Shown here: positions 10,268-22,492 of the stretch, piece after piece
How the letters are laid out: each line of letters begins with the position of its first letter
Position numbering within the stretch: the first letter of the stretch is position 1
Assembly (NCBI RefSeq): GCF_006345805.1
Contig: NC_043003.1
Span: 10,416,001-10,480,000 of the forward strand
Length of the DNA stretch: 64,000 nt
Direction: 5' to 3'
From: Octopus sinensis
Lineage: Eukaryota
The notes under the pieces: model-generated
The model's database searches: none
What the model was told of the DNA's origin: nothing
The model's input: the letters and a program-made list of their open reading frames with translations, nothing else
Made by a program: the position numbers and the translations under genes

Positions 10268-11880
10268 TCAAAATATGCGGAAAATACGGAGATTATGATT
10301 CTGAAAAATTTTCCAAAAATCTTGGTTCAACCGTCGGGTTATTTTTTGGATTGACCCAAGCTGCGTGATGTCATTGGGATTTACTTTTTTCATATCGTTG
10401 AAAAGAGTTCTGGTTATTTTCCTATAAGTTATTACTCCTCCTTTATCACCATCGCCTTGGAAAATCCTTGATTGGTGGTTGGGCATAATCACCCCCACCA
10501 AATATTTATTAGTGTTTTTGAACACCAGTGTCGCATTTCTGGCCACCCTTGCGGTTCTCTTTTCCCTTTTTTGAGGTTTTTTTTCAGGGGTTACAGCTTT
10601 AGGTCTTTTCCTAGAGACCATCTGGAATTCTTTCTCTTGGGCCACCGCTCCTTTAATGCTGGTGGTAGCTATCTGGGTAATGGCCTCCTTGGCCGGGGCT
10701 ACCACCTTCTCACTGCTTATTTCTTCCTTACTGGTGGTAGCCTTCTGTGTAAGGGCCTCTTTGGCCGAAGCTACCACCTTCTCATTTTTATTCTCTGTGG
10801 TCTTTCTGGCCACCTTTACAGTTTTTCTTTCCCTTTTTGGGAGGGGTCTATTTTTTTCCGGTGTTGTGATTTTTGGTCTTTTCCTTGAAACCAACTTAGT
10901 TTGCATCTTCCTTGCTGGTGGCAGCCCTCTGGTTAATGGCCTCCATGGCCGGAGCTACCACCACACTGGTTTCTTTTCCACTGGTGGTAGCCCTCTGGGT
11001 AATGGCCTCCATGGCCGGAGCTACCCCCTCACTAGTTTCTTTTTCGCTAGTGGCAGCCCCTTGGCCGGGGTTACCACCTTCTTGTTCTTGTTGTTCATGC
11101 CGGTGGTAGCCTTGTGGGAACTGGCCTCCTTGGCCGAGGCTACCGCCTTCTCTTTTCCGTTTTCAGTGTTGGTGGTAGCCCCCTGGGTACTGGCCTCCTC
11201 GGCCGAGGCTACCACTTCCTCATTGGTTTTCGTCTTATTTCCGCATTCTAACCTCTGGTGCCCCTTCCTTCCGCACTGGTAGCACCGAGGTCGTCTTCCT
11301 TCAACCTGGATGATTAAGGCTGCGTCCTCTGCTATCTGCAACCTATCGGGCAGTTCCTCTAAATCTGTAGGGGAACCTTGAGCTAGGACCTCTAGCGATT
11401 GTCCCCTCCAATTCTGAGAGGGCTGTCTTTTTACTTGTATCACCTCCAGCTTGTCCTCTCTATTGAAGAGGAGCATGGTAATAACCCATGCTACCTCAAC
11501 ATCAGGAGGAACGTTTGCAATATTTATTCGGGACGTTCTACGTCCCGAATATAATGGCAACAATGCCATTTTCTCATTCTGCAAGGTTTGAGCCGAATAT
11601 TCTTTTGCCTTTTCAGCCGACTCAAACCTTCCTTCCACCGTTGCATATCCCTTTCCTCGGGTCAGGAAGGCAATATCCTTCATTACTGACCCGAGGCTCT
11701 CCTCTATATCTTTCTCCTCGAATCTTGCAAATTTTTTTTTTATCTTTTAGGCAAAAAGTTTTGTATATTAGCGATTTTTCCTTCTTGTTAGTTATAATCT
11801 CAAGCGGAGGGGAAAATTTACTTTCCCCATTTTCTTCTGTAATTTTAGGTGTTTTTTCCTTTTTTTTTTCATTAATTATC
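10268..11880 (-). pseudogene. U4: Tx1-type ORF1 with coding minisatellite; Gypsy inserted 26 bp after its stop codon
   Basis: RGKGYATVEGRF..LPLYSGRRTSRI..EGRRPRCYQCGRKGHQRLEC; repeated VVASAKEA..ATT units at 10650-11225; no ORF2 downstream. Confidence 0.8.
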
Positions 11881-11899
11881 TCTTTTTTTCTTCAAAAAT

Positions 11900-12510
11900 A
11901 CTTTATCCTTTCTCTTTTTTTATTTTTTTTCCCTTTTTTTTAACGCTTCATATACTGCTCAAGTTCTATCAGATCAATTACAGGTGGCAGTTCATCGATC
12001 TCCACTATCGTTCCGCCCGCATCAATTCTATCCCCGTACTTGTCTTTAAGTTTTTCGTAGGCTACCTTATCTGCCACCAAGCCCTTCACTCTCTCAGAGT
12101 ACGTGTCTCTGGGCATTTTTATCCTTATGATGTTTTTTGCATAAGTAAAAGAATTCCACTGTTTCTTCCCGCCTCTAGGCTTTCTCCTTTCTTCCTTTCC
12201 CAATATAGGTTCCTCTATACACTTCTCTGAGGCTGGAACTTTCTTCTTCTTCATCTCACCCTCTTGTAGCTGAGTTCCTGAAACTTCTGCCAAATCACAT
12301 GTCGTCCTCATCCTTGCCTCCTCCTTCTCTGGCTCATTGTCACACACCTTAATTATTTTTTTACTTCCCTTCTCCGCCTTAGTTTTGTCATCTTCCTTTC
12401 TCGTTACATCTTCCCTTTCCACCTCTTCTTTTTCTGGTTATTCGGTGGCGGGCTTACCCTACCGCTCTTCCTCCTTTTTCTTTCCACTCTCGTGAAACCG
12501 TTTTCCGCTG
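11900..12510 (-). pseudogene. U5: probable ORF1 C-terminal fragment (Lys/Glu linker + C-terminal module)
   Basis: ORF 11940-12422 has the same charged-linker-then-globular layout as the ORF1 ends; no direct sequence match found. Confidence 0.45.
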
Positions 12511-12644
12511 TTTTTTCGCTACTCTCGACCAGCACTGCCTGTTCGACATTTTCTTGAATTTCTCTCTGTTAATTGTAACAACGGTGAAAAAAATCTCAAT
12601 GTTAATTTATTGATGCATTTGGGCAAATCTATGTCTATATTGTA

Positions 12645-13258
12645 TTGGCATCCTTTCTGTCTCGGGAGACAATGGAGTTGCGCATGAAGTAGTCTAGTCC
12701 GGCTTTTATATTTCATGTCCTGATACATTTCCTGCTGTGGCTGTGTAGTCCTATCCTGGACAAACACTCCCTCTGGCAGGTACCGCAAATGTAGCGAAGA
12801 CTGTTCCTGGCTGGTTGTAGTGCCATAGTCTCTTGTTTACGTCTCTTCCTTCCTTTGTTTCCATTTCTCCTCTCTCTCTCTCTGTCACTCCTTTGTATTC
12901 CCTCTTTTACGGTACGTCGCCATTCTCCACGGTTGCCGGCGACTGCCTCCCAACCGCTAATATTGATGTTGCAGGCCTTCATGTCCCTTTTGCTAACATC
13001 CTTGTAACGTAAGATCGGTCTACCCACAGACCTAGTACCCCTAGCAAGCTCTCCGTAGAGTATGTCCTTGGGGATTCTGCCATCTTTCATACGGCTAACA
13101 TGCCCAAGCCATCTCATACGTCTTTGTATGAGGAGTGCAAACATGCTTGGTATTTCTGCTTGCCTGAGGACATCTTTGTTGGGGATATGATTCTGCCATT
13201 TGATGCGGAGGATTTTTCGGAGGCAGCGCAGGTGAAATATGTCTATATTATCAGACAA
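12645..13258 (-). mobile_element. RTE-clade LINE 3' fragment
   Basis: CLRKILRIKWQ..RRMRWLGHV.RM.DGR.PK.ILYGEL, terminal CGTCQRECLSRIGLHSHSRKC, RTE-like tail tctcccgagacagaaaggatgcc. Confidence 0.9.
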
Positions 13259-13894
13259 TTAAAAAAAACGTTTAAAAAAATTCTAAACTCGGCAAAAATC
13301 CAGTACAAATTCTTCATGGTTCAAAACGTTGCTTACTTTTTATTCCACCTGATAGAGTTCTACCCATTTACAAACAAAATCCTTTATCCAGAAAGCTTTA
13401 AAATTATATGAAGGTTTTATTCCAATGCAACTAGAAGACCATAGGATGGGACAGAGGTTTGAGAATTAAAAGAACTGTGAATTTCGTTTTAACTTCGAAA
13501 GTGATATCGCTCTACCGTGGTCAGTTTTTACCGAGATGATGGACTCTTCACTGCTGCATTTTGTTAAAAGGTAACGCATCGATATATTCAAAGTTAGATT
13601 TAAAAGTTGGAGATGATGCAAATATAGTGAGTTTTTGAATACAATTTTAGATTCATGTGCCGACTAATACTTCCATTATGTAGTGAAGCAAACATAATGA
13701 GACGTTGCTGCATATTAATTTTAGTTGCAACCTCTGCGGAAAATCCTAAAATAATTACTTAGCAACAACGACAAGCACATGTCCAGGTTTATTCTCAGCT
13801 AAAACATCCTCAAATCCCGATGCTCGTTATTACGATAATACATTAAAACCAGATACAACAAAGACAGAATGCAATAAACGCAGACCAAAACTAA

Positions 13895-14040
13895 TATTTA
13901 TAAACCCAATTCCACCGAGGTCAACTTTGCCTTTCATCATTTCGGAGTACCAGTTGAGCACTGGGGTCGATGTAAACGACTTACCCCCTCGCCCGACATT
14001 GCTGGCTTTGCGCCAAAATTTGAAACCAATATTTGTAAAA
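13895..14040 (+). mobile_element. SINE family A fragment
   Basis: aattccaccgaggtcaactttgcctttcatc..actggggtcgatgtaa..ccaaaatttgaaaccaatatt. Confidence 0.7.
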
Positions 14041-14280
14041 ACAAATACCAAATATATAATTCTCCCAATATTTTAAATATAATAATGCGGGGATTTTACT
14101 AAGCCTTATAATAAGCTTTGCCTCATTAATTCTGTGGACATATATAAATATATGTAGGTGTAGAGAGAGGGGGAGGGAGGGAATAATATATGTATGTATC
14201 ATAAACGGATCAAAGATCCTACATGAGCCATAGGCTCATAGTGCTGATATCCTGAAATTCTGTGGCGTATATACTCCATT

Positions 14281-14316
<36 letters not shown>

Positions 14317-14409
14317 ATTTCCAGCTGCAAGCAAGTTATTGAATTTTTCTGACATAATATTTAAGCTATACCCTGAAAAATGTCCCCATACTTCAAAAAC
14401 ATTCAATGT

Positions 14410-14675
14410 GGAGACACATGGCCTAGTGGTTAGAGCAGCGGTCGATGGATCGTGGGTTCGAATCTCAGACCGGGCGATGTGTGCGTTTATGAGCGAAACA
14501 CCCAAGCTCCAGCAGAAGGTAATAGCGAACTTCTTGCTGACTCTTTCGCCACTACTTTCCCTCTCTCTTTCCTGCGATGGACCGGCATCCCGTCCAGGTG
14601 GGGAACCTATACGTCAAAGAAACCGGGAAACCGGCCCTATGAGCCAGGCATGGCTCGAGAAGAAACAAAAAAAAA
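14410..14675 (+). mobile_element. tRNA-derived SINE with A/B boxes, V-SINE-like central block and A-rich end
   Basis: A box TGGCCTAGTGG 14419-14429, B box GGTTCGAATC 14455-14464, ctgcgatggaccggcatcccgtccagg core, A tail. Confidence 0.7.
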
Positions 14676-15249
14676 GCATTCAATAAGACAAAAGTCGTTT
14701 ATCCATCTCATAGTATTTCCTCTTGTGCTGAAGAAAAGTTGAAAATACCACGTGATTTTTTACCTGTGAGCCGATTATAGCATCGTGTGTTTCTGTGCAT
14801 AAACATTAACGGATAAAAATGCAACTCGCCGTCTCACATTCCTTTTGGTGGCAATCAAATCTCGATGTACTGTTGGCTCTTCCTTATCTCGATGTGTTTT
14901 GGAATATTTTGCTGATACATATTCAGTCAGGTTACTTCAACAGAACAATCGTTTGAATAATCCGTATAGTGAAACTAAGTTATGATACGGGAAAATTAAG
15001 TTCATAACACACACACACACACACACACATTCACTTACACACGCATAATATATATATGTGTGTATATACGTATATACAATATACTAATATGCACACAACA
15101 TTAATTTATAGAGACACATAAATACTCACATGTTCATGTGTTGGTGTATACGTGAGTGAATCTGTTAATGAATTTCTGTAGTATTGTCGTCTGCCAGATT
15201 TTACTCACAATGTATTTACAACCTGAGGCGATAGCAACCAGACAGCCAT

Positions 15250-15250
15250 A

Positions 15251-15305
<55 letters not shown>

Positions 15306-15374
15306 ATATATGTGTGTGTGTGTGTGTGTATATATGTGTGTGTGTGTGTATATATGTGTGTGTGTGTGTATATA

Positions 15375-15417
<43 letters not shown>

Positions 15418-15960
15418 ATATGTGTGTGTGTGGTATATGTGTGCGTGTGTATATGTGTGCGTGTGTATATATGTGTGCGTGTGTATATATGTGTGCGTGT
15501 GTATATATGTGTGTGTATATATGTGTGTGTATATATGTGTGTGTGTATATATATGTGTGTGTATATATATATGTGTGTGTATATATATATGTGTGTGTGT
15601 ATATGTGTGTGTATATGTGTGTGTGTATATGTGTGTGTGTATATGTATGTGTGTATATGTATGTGTGTATATGTATGTGTGTATATGTATGTATGTGTGT
15701 ATATGTATGTGTGTATATGTATGTGTGTATATGTATATGTGTGTATATGTATATATGTGTGTATATGTATGTGTGTATGTGTATATGTATGTGTGTATGT
15801 GTATATGTATGTGTGTATGTGTATATGTGTGTATGTATATGTGTGTGTGTGTATATGTGTGTGTGTATATGTATATATATGTGTGTGTGTATATATGTGC
15901 ATGTATATTTGTATGTTCGTGCTTTTGTATCTTCAATAAGATGTATTATATTATATATGT
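15250..15960. repeat. Compound (TA)n/(TG)n/(TATG)n microsatellite, ~700 bp
   Basis: Read directly; explains the spurious YTH/CVY ORFs. Confidence 0.97.
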
Positions 15961-16399
15961 ATGTGTCTATCTCCAACAATACGACATAATATATTCATGT
16001 GTAGATTTGTATGTTTTTCTTTGTACTTCTAATAAGATACATTATATATATATACACACATACATGTATATGTGTGTATATTTGTATATTTGTATTATCT
16101 CTAATAAGATATAATGATCACTACGCCCAAGGGAAAAGTCTTTTATTCGTCCTTCATCTCTACAGCGCACGTGACCTCCAGTCACCTTCTTGACCTCTAA
16201 ATGACAACTGAGACGACGCGAAGATTGTCAATGACATCAGCTGTAATTATTCCATTAAGTAAGGAATAAATTCTTAATTAGATTTTTAATTGCCTTTTAT
16301 ACTATTCTTATTTCGTGGTAATCTTCACTTTCTCATTTTCACTCTTTCTCCCTCTCTTTTTCGCTTTCTATCTATCTATCTATCTGTCGATCTATCTGT

Positions 16400-16467
16400 C
16401 TGTCTCACTTTGTCTTTAGCTCATTCTCTCTTTCCCTCCCCCTCTCCTCTCTCTTCTCTCTCTCTCT

Positions 16468-16505
<38 letters not shown>

Positions 16506-16545
16506 CATTTGCCATATCTCTCTCTCTCTCTCTCTCTCTCTCTCC
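16400..16545. repeat. (TC)n-(TA)n-(TC)n microsatellite
   Basis: Read directly. Confidence 0.9.
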
Positions 16546-17075
16546 TTTAGTCCTATCTGCAATTTATCTCTTTCGGCAAAAACAAACACTACAGCTTTCT
16601 TAAGCAAAACGTCCATCTAAACGTATGGAAATGAATTAAGCATCAATTTCCACACAACTTTTGCACACGTACTTACAATAATGAAATCTTCAAATTTGAT
16701 AAAAAGAAATATTACTTTAAGTCGCTTCCAGCTCATAGCTCTTACCTACGAGGAAGCCGCGACAAGATCATTCAATATACTAAAAATAGCTGGTACGTTT
16801 TTGATCGCATGTCTGCTTGATCATTATCATTACTGGCCTGGGGCTAAATAACAGCAATCTATATTGTATCTACAACTAAAGATTCCTTTTATCTCTACAA
16901 GGCTACAAATCTCTAACGAAGGTTAGAATCAATTGGATCGACGTAAACCTGCGCCGAGCGGTTGTTTTTATGTCTTGCTAAGATTTGAACCTAAAACGTA
17001 AAAAGGCGGAACTAAATCACTTAGCAAGTACGTAAGCAAACATGTCACCTCATATATCATATGTGAATAGATTCG

Positions 17076-17283
17076 TTTCTACTCTAGGAACAAGGCCCAA
17101 AATTTTGGGGGAGGGGAGTCGATTAGATCGACCCCAGTACGTAACTGGTGCTTATTTAATCGACTCCGAAAGGATGAAAAGCAAAGTTGACCTCGGAGGA
17201 ATTTGAACTCAGAACGTAAAGACAAACGAATAACGCTAAGCATTACGCCCGGCGTGCTAACGTTTCTGCCGGCTCGCCGCCTT
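17076..17283 (-). mobile_element. SINE family A, apparently full length
   Basis: Reverse complement starts aaggcggcgagccggcagaaacgttagcacgccgg, contains gagttcaaattcc, ends tagagtagaaa. Confidence 0.8.
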
Positions 17284-17295
17284 TCAAATATTCTT

Positions 17296-17471
17296 TTTCT
17301 ACTCTAGGCACAAGGCCCGAATTTTTTTGGCTGGGGGCAGTCCATTAAATCGATCCCAGTAGGCAACTGGTACTTAATTTATCGACCCCGAAAGGATGAA
17401 AAGCAAAGTCGACCTCGGAGGAATTTGAACTCAGAACGTAACGGCAGACGAAATACCGCTAAGCATTTCGC
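17296..17471 (-). mobile_element. SINE family A whose head is cut off by the 3' end of U6
   Basis: Matches 17076-17250 up to ctaagcatttcgc, then switches to ttttttatttcccacaagggg. Confidence 0.8.
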
Positions 17472-18480
17472 AAATTTTTTATTTCCCACAAGGGGACAAC
17501 AAAAAGGGAACAGTACAACCTGATATGGGTCAGATTTCACGCATGAATTAACACAGAGGAATTTTAAAATTTTACATATATATGAATCGTTCGATTTTAG
17601 TGTTTCAAGGTTTATATTGTCTATTTGTATTATCATATTTCCTTCAGGAAGTTTTGTATAATGTCCTGTGAAGATTTCTGATGTAGGAATATCTTAAATT
17701 CTAGATGTTAATTGTTCGTTCGTAGCGTTTATTGCCACTCATAGTAATTTGTTTTGCCATATTTTTTTTCCGGCACTGGAGGGTAGGAATGATTTTACTG
17801 GGCTGAACGGAGGGGATTACGTGGGGATGGATATCGGAACTGGAGATTGGAGGGGTGAAATATCAGGGCTGAGTGGGAGGTTATCAGGGTTGGAAGGAGG
17901 GGATATTGATGTTTTGCGGGGTGGGGAGGGGTAGTTTGAGTTTCGTGTGAGTCTGTTGAGGGAGCTCTTTTCTTGTTCGAGCTGGATGCTGAGGGGTGGG
18001 ATTTGGCTTCTTCCTTTTGGTTAATTTCTTCCTTTTTACCGTAGACCATCCGTCTTCACTCCCAGCTGGTTGAGTGTTTTCATTGCTGGGAGCCTACTGA
18101 TCGGTCTTCTGTGTCTGTCTCTTCTGCGCCCTTTTTTGGGGGAGCCGTCTCCGCCTTACGTGTAGAACAGTTTGCCCGAATGTGGCCTTTCTCTCCACAT
18201 CCACATTCGAAGCACCAGGGTCTTCTCCCCTCCACCATTACGCGTAAGGTGGTTTCTTCTCCGAGGTGTATGTTTTCTACGATCATTTCCAGGGCCTGTG
18301 GCGCCACTTGGATAATGACGTCGAGGCCTTCCCTTTCCAGTTCTGCTGGTGTATTTTGAGGCCTCTAATATCGTTATTTATTCTATTCACATTAGTAGGG
18401 CTTAGAGTAGCCATAATACGTTTATTTCTGGCAGGATCTCCAATAACATATGATAAACATTAAACTTTATACATTATAAC
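17472..18480 (-). mobile_element. U6: ORF1-only derivative (degenerate ORF1 + autonomous-type Tx1 tail)
   Basis: EGRRPWCFECGCGEKGHIRANC; C-terminal module resembles 58024-58299; tail cccacaagggg..ctgatatgggtcaga resembles 48980 and 59930. Confidence 0.7.
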
Positions 18481-18499
18481 ACTGAGGATTTCCAACCTC

Positions 18500-20060
18500 T
18501 TGTCACTATTCCTCCTCAACATTGCTTGTGCCCGTATACTCGGCCATCACCCACGCCTCATTCAAGACCAAGACGGCCACAAGCAATATTCCTCATTGAG
18601 TCCCTGCAGCCTGTGCATCACGGGCAGCGTTATGACCTCCACAGCTATCTGTGGAGCCCATTCGGGATCCCGTCTGAAGGTTAAAAGTACTCCCTTGTGG
18701 TACTTTTCCACCACCTTTTCTACTTCTCCAACTCTGTAGAAGGCCAATAATTCGTCTTCCTCCGGGGTCGAGGTAGTCAATTCTACCATTGGCGGCACAA
18801 TTCTTTCCAACGGTGTCTCTTCCCCTGCCGGTGGCACAACCCCTACAGGCGAGGTTCCGGGAAACTCCGGTGCTCTATCAGCGACTGCCGACAATGTCCC
18901 GTTTCTCTTCCTCTTTTTCTTAACTGAGGGAGGGTGCGTCTCCTCCATGACCGGGAGATTCGCCTCCCCTCCCTCATTCCTAGGATCCTTCGGTGGGCAC
19001 CCATTGTTACTCACCTTCTTCCTCTTACTTCTTTGAGGAGTCCTCCGTCTCCTCAGCTCCAGGACTTTGCTTTGTTCCTGAGAACAGTTTTTTTTTATGG
19101 CCAGGCTCCAATGACACCTGGAGGAGGGGCGACCCTCAAGAATCACCGGGTATCTGCACCTGGTCATTTTCAAAAAACCTGGCATAACCAAATTCATGGC
19201 TGATTGTTTCCATAGGATCAAAACAGCTTTTGACCCAGCCCAATTAGCCACAGGAAATATCTTCACATTGAGGAGCCTGGCTCCGCTTCCACTCAGACCC
19301 CGACGGATAGTATCCCCTATCCACTCAGGTTCAATTCCGGGTGGCAAACCACAGACCCAAGCCCTCGTCAACTTTTCCCACCGTAAGTGGGAAGAAACAA
19401 AATTTCTCTACCCTCAAAGGGCTGGCTGGCAAAAGTGCGAGCCTCCTCTGGGGTGTCAAATAGCAACCACACGGTTGCATATTTGACACCCCTAGAGATA
19501 TACTTAATGGTTGGCAGATGTTCCGCCAACTCCTGCTCAATCAGCTGACTGGAGAAGCCGGCAATGGAGTCGAGAACCTTCGAATACGTTCTCAACACCA
19601 CCGTCCTCTCCTCTTGCTGTCTGAGCCACTCCGTAGGTGGGACAATCTCCCACTCTACAATCTTATCCGTATTGTTTGCCATGTTTTAAATTAAAAAGTA
19701 AAAAAGCCCGAAACAATAGTTCACAAATTTCAAAAAGAAAAGAGAGAAATCAAACGGAAACAAAAGGGAAGAAGAGAAAAGCAAACAGTTCAATAAAAAA
19801 AAAGTGACAAAAGAAGTAAACAACAGTTCAACAAAACACAGCAAAAAAATCTTCTGGGCATTCGGGTACTCCAAGCCGTGTGGTACTCCGATTAGAACTT
19901 GGACTGCTCCACTTGAAATGCAGCTTTCCAATTATTGGTAAACGTTGTTGTAAAAACACTATTCACAAAAAGTGAACAACTTTTGGGGGCGGGATATGCC
20001 TTCTAACTATACATCTCACAGTGAGAAAAAAATTGTTACTTAATGTGAACAATATTGCTG
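18500..20060 (-). mobile_element. U7: divergent class-B ORF1 unit (ORF 18562-19682, broken) with 5' UTR
   Basis: WEIVPP..VVLRTYSK..ISRGVKYATVWLLF, RAWVCGLPPG.E.EW, DPEWAPQIAVEV. Confidence 0.75.
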
Positions 20061-20161
20061 AACTGCAAGCAGACTAATGTCCTGAATCCAGAGAGGACTC
20101 CTGGTTTGTAAAAAAATATTACCACAGACACAACCCCCACTGGACCCAAGAAACAAAGGCC

Positions 20162-20720
20162 TTACCTTGCAGCAGCTACATTTTCGCCGGCTAAACACCA
20201 CCGGCCACATTTAAAACAACGTGGTACTCTGCCCTCTACCCACACCCTCAGCAATATTTCCCCCAACGTCACAGTCTCAGCCAAGTTCTCGAGTTGACCC
20301 TCCTCCGTCTGAATAATTAAATCAAGCGTCCTTCCTTTCCACCCTCCTTCTTCTGCTTCTGTGGCATCTTCTCCTCGCTTCCAACAAGGATAGCTGCCGC
20401 TACCCAATCTACTTCTATATCCGATGGAATTGCTTCTACCCTCACCTTGGAAGTTTTTCTTGTTTTCACCGCCACATTCGCCAGCCTCATCGCCTCCTCT
20501 ACTGTCCTAAATTGGGCGACCATTGTCCCATATCTTTTTCCTTTGGTGATATATATTATATCTTTTGACTTCTCTCTTACCGCCTTTTCTGTTTCCGCTT
20601 CCAACTGCTCAGCCTTTTTTCCTTTTAAAGAGAACACCTTATAGGTGATCGTTTTCCTTTCCATCTTACATTTCGTTGGAGAGGTTGAGGCCGACCTCAC
20701 CACACACTTGTGGGCTCCCT
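20162..20720 (-). pseudogene. U8: class-A ORF1 fragment, close relative of U12
   Basis: ERKTITYK..TKGKRYGTM..KVRVEAIP..EGRVPRCFKCG. Confidence 0.75.
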
Positions 20721-22447
20721 CTTTCTCCTCCCTCCTCAGGTAGCCCGGCAAGGTCGCGATACGCCGGATGGCCTTTGGGTGTCTCTTTTATTTGTCTGTA
20801 CACTTTTTCCGCAATCCACGCACATCTTTCGTCTAGATCTTTGTTTTTGTCGTACAATCTTGCTGTGTGGTGCGGGACGACAATATCATCTGTATATTTG
20901 TCTCGAGTATCATACTCAATTAACACAAGTTCATCTCTTTCGTCTTTTTTTTCTGGGCCAGTTAAGCGGGATTTTTTTTTTTTGGTGGGGGTATCTGTGG
21001 TGTGTCATCATTTTTATTTTTTGTAGGGGATGTGGACAGGGATGATGCATGAGTTATTTTACGAACAATCGTAAATTCCCTCTCTGATACCTCCATGGTA
21101 TCGTCTGGGGTAGTTATATTTTGTTCAGTAGGCACTGCAATTTTTAAGGGGGTGGGAGGTTTTAATAATGTAGGGGCTTGTGTGTGCAAGGGCTGGGTTT
21201 TTTGTCAGTTTGTTTTGAGGTTGGCACCGTAACAGCAGGAGTGGGACATTTTGTTTTTGTACGGGTAGGTGAGTTTGCAAGGGTAGGGATTTTTTTATCT
21301 GAGGGGCCTGTTGTCTGCGGTTTCTTTTGATTGCCAGGACAGTCCACACGAATGTGGCCCTTTTTGCCGCAGGCGTAGCAGGTGGGTTTTCGGCCCTCGA
21401 CCAGTACCCCGAGGGCCACATTCTCGCCCACGAGTACCCTCTCAGGAAGGACCTGCAGGTCCTCCTGTGTCCCTTGGATTATTACATTAATGCTCCGCCC
21501 AAGCCAACTTTGAGGAGCATAGCATATTACCTGCAATATTTTGTACGCCCTCTTATATAACAGGGCGGCCACCACCTCTACTTCTGGCGGCACTTCTGTA
21601 ATCTTGACCCGGGACGTCCTACGCCCCATATGTCGGCAGAAGTACTACCTCCTTAGTGTTTAGGGGACTCACGGAATGCCCGCGGGCCACCTCTTCCCCC
21701 GAGAAGCGGACCTCCACATTGCCGTGTGCCCGTCCCCGGCGACGTACACTATGTCCCTCCAAATCGGCGACAGGCATTTTTGATAATATTCTTTTCAAAG
21801 TGTTTGAACATTCTGCTTTGTGGGCAGAAGGTTTTAAACACTACGGTCCGCTTCTCTGTCTCCACGATACTAGAGGATGGTGATATTTTAACATCACCAC
21901 CCTCTTCTTTCATTCTTTTAAATAGCTAGACGAGCTGATTAACATTAATGTCAATGTTCTAGGTTGCCACTGCGGCAACCGCCGAAAATTTTTTATGTGT
22001 TGGCACATCTATCAACGTTGCTCTCCTCAAGAGCACATTTTTCATGAATAATCTCTGTTGAACTTAATTATACACAACACAAAAATTACAAATACAAATA
22101 TTGGTTTCCCACAAAACTGGGAACCCTATAAAAAGTATTCCTCCCAAAGCAGTTCAAAAGCAGTTCAAAAATTAAGTCCAATTCCCACCCCCATTCGGGG
22201 AAGGGGCACAAAAATAGTCTAGCAAGACTATATACAGTCACGAAGATGTTATAAATTAAAAAAGGCCACAATGGCTAACAGTTCAACAATAGCAAATTAT
22301 CAAATTATTCCCCGGTAAAACCGGGGATCAAGACAGTTCAACAACAAATCTTCAGTAATAAAATCCAACAAGTAATCCAAATGCTACGAATAGTAACAAC
22401 AGAGCAAAACTCTTACCGAGAAGAAAAACACGTCCAAACCGTAGTAA
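20721..22447 (-). mobile_element. U9: class-A ORF1 unit with 5' UTR, 3' tail lost; paralog of U16
   Basis: GRRTSRVKITEVPP..EGRKPTCYACGKKGHIRVDC, Pro/Thr/Lys linker, C-terminal module 20720-20926. Confidence 0.75.
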
Positions 22448-22492
22448 GGTAAGCAAAGCTACTCTTCAGTCAGTGAGGTAAGCAAGCTACTT

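Noticed and set aside
14410-14480. Functional tRNA gene
   Set aside because: A and B boxes are present but the anticodon arm is shortened and the sequence continues into a SINE body and A tail
15134-16114. Six long ORFs (217-281 aa) of YTH/CVY composition
   Set aside because: They are translations of the TA/TG microsatellite, which lacks stop codons
13260-17070. Host protein-coding exons in the non-LINE interval
   Set aside because: Only SINEs, microsatellites and AT-rich sequence; no ORF with recognisable motifs
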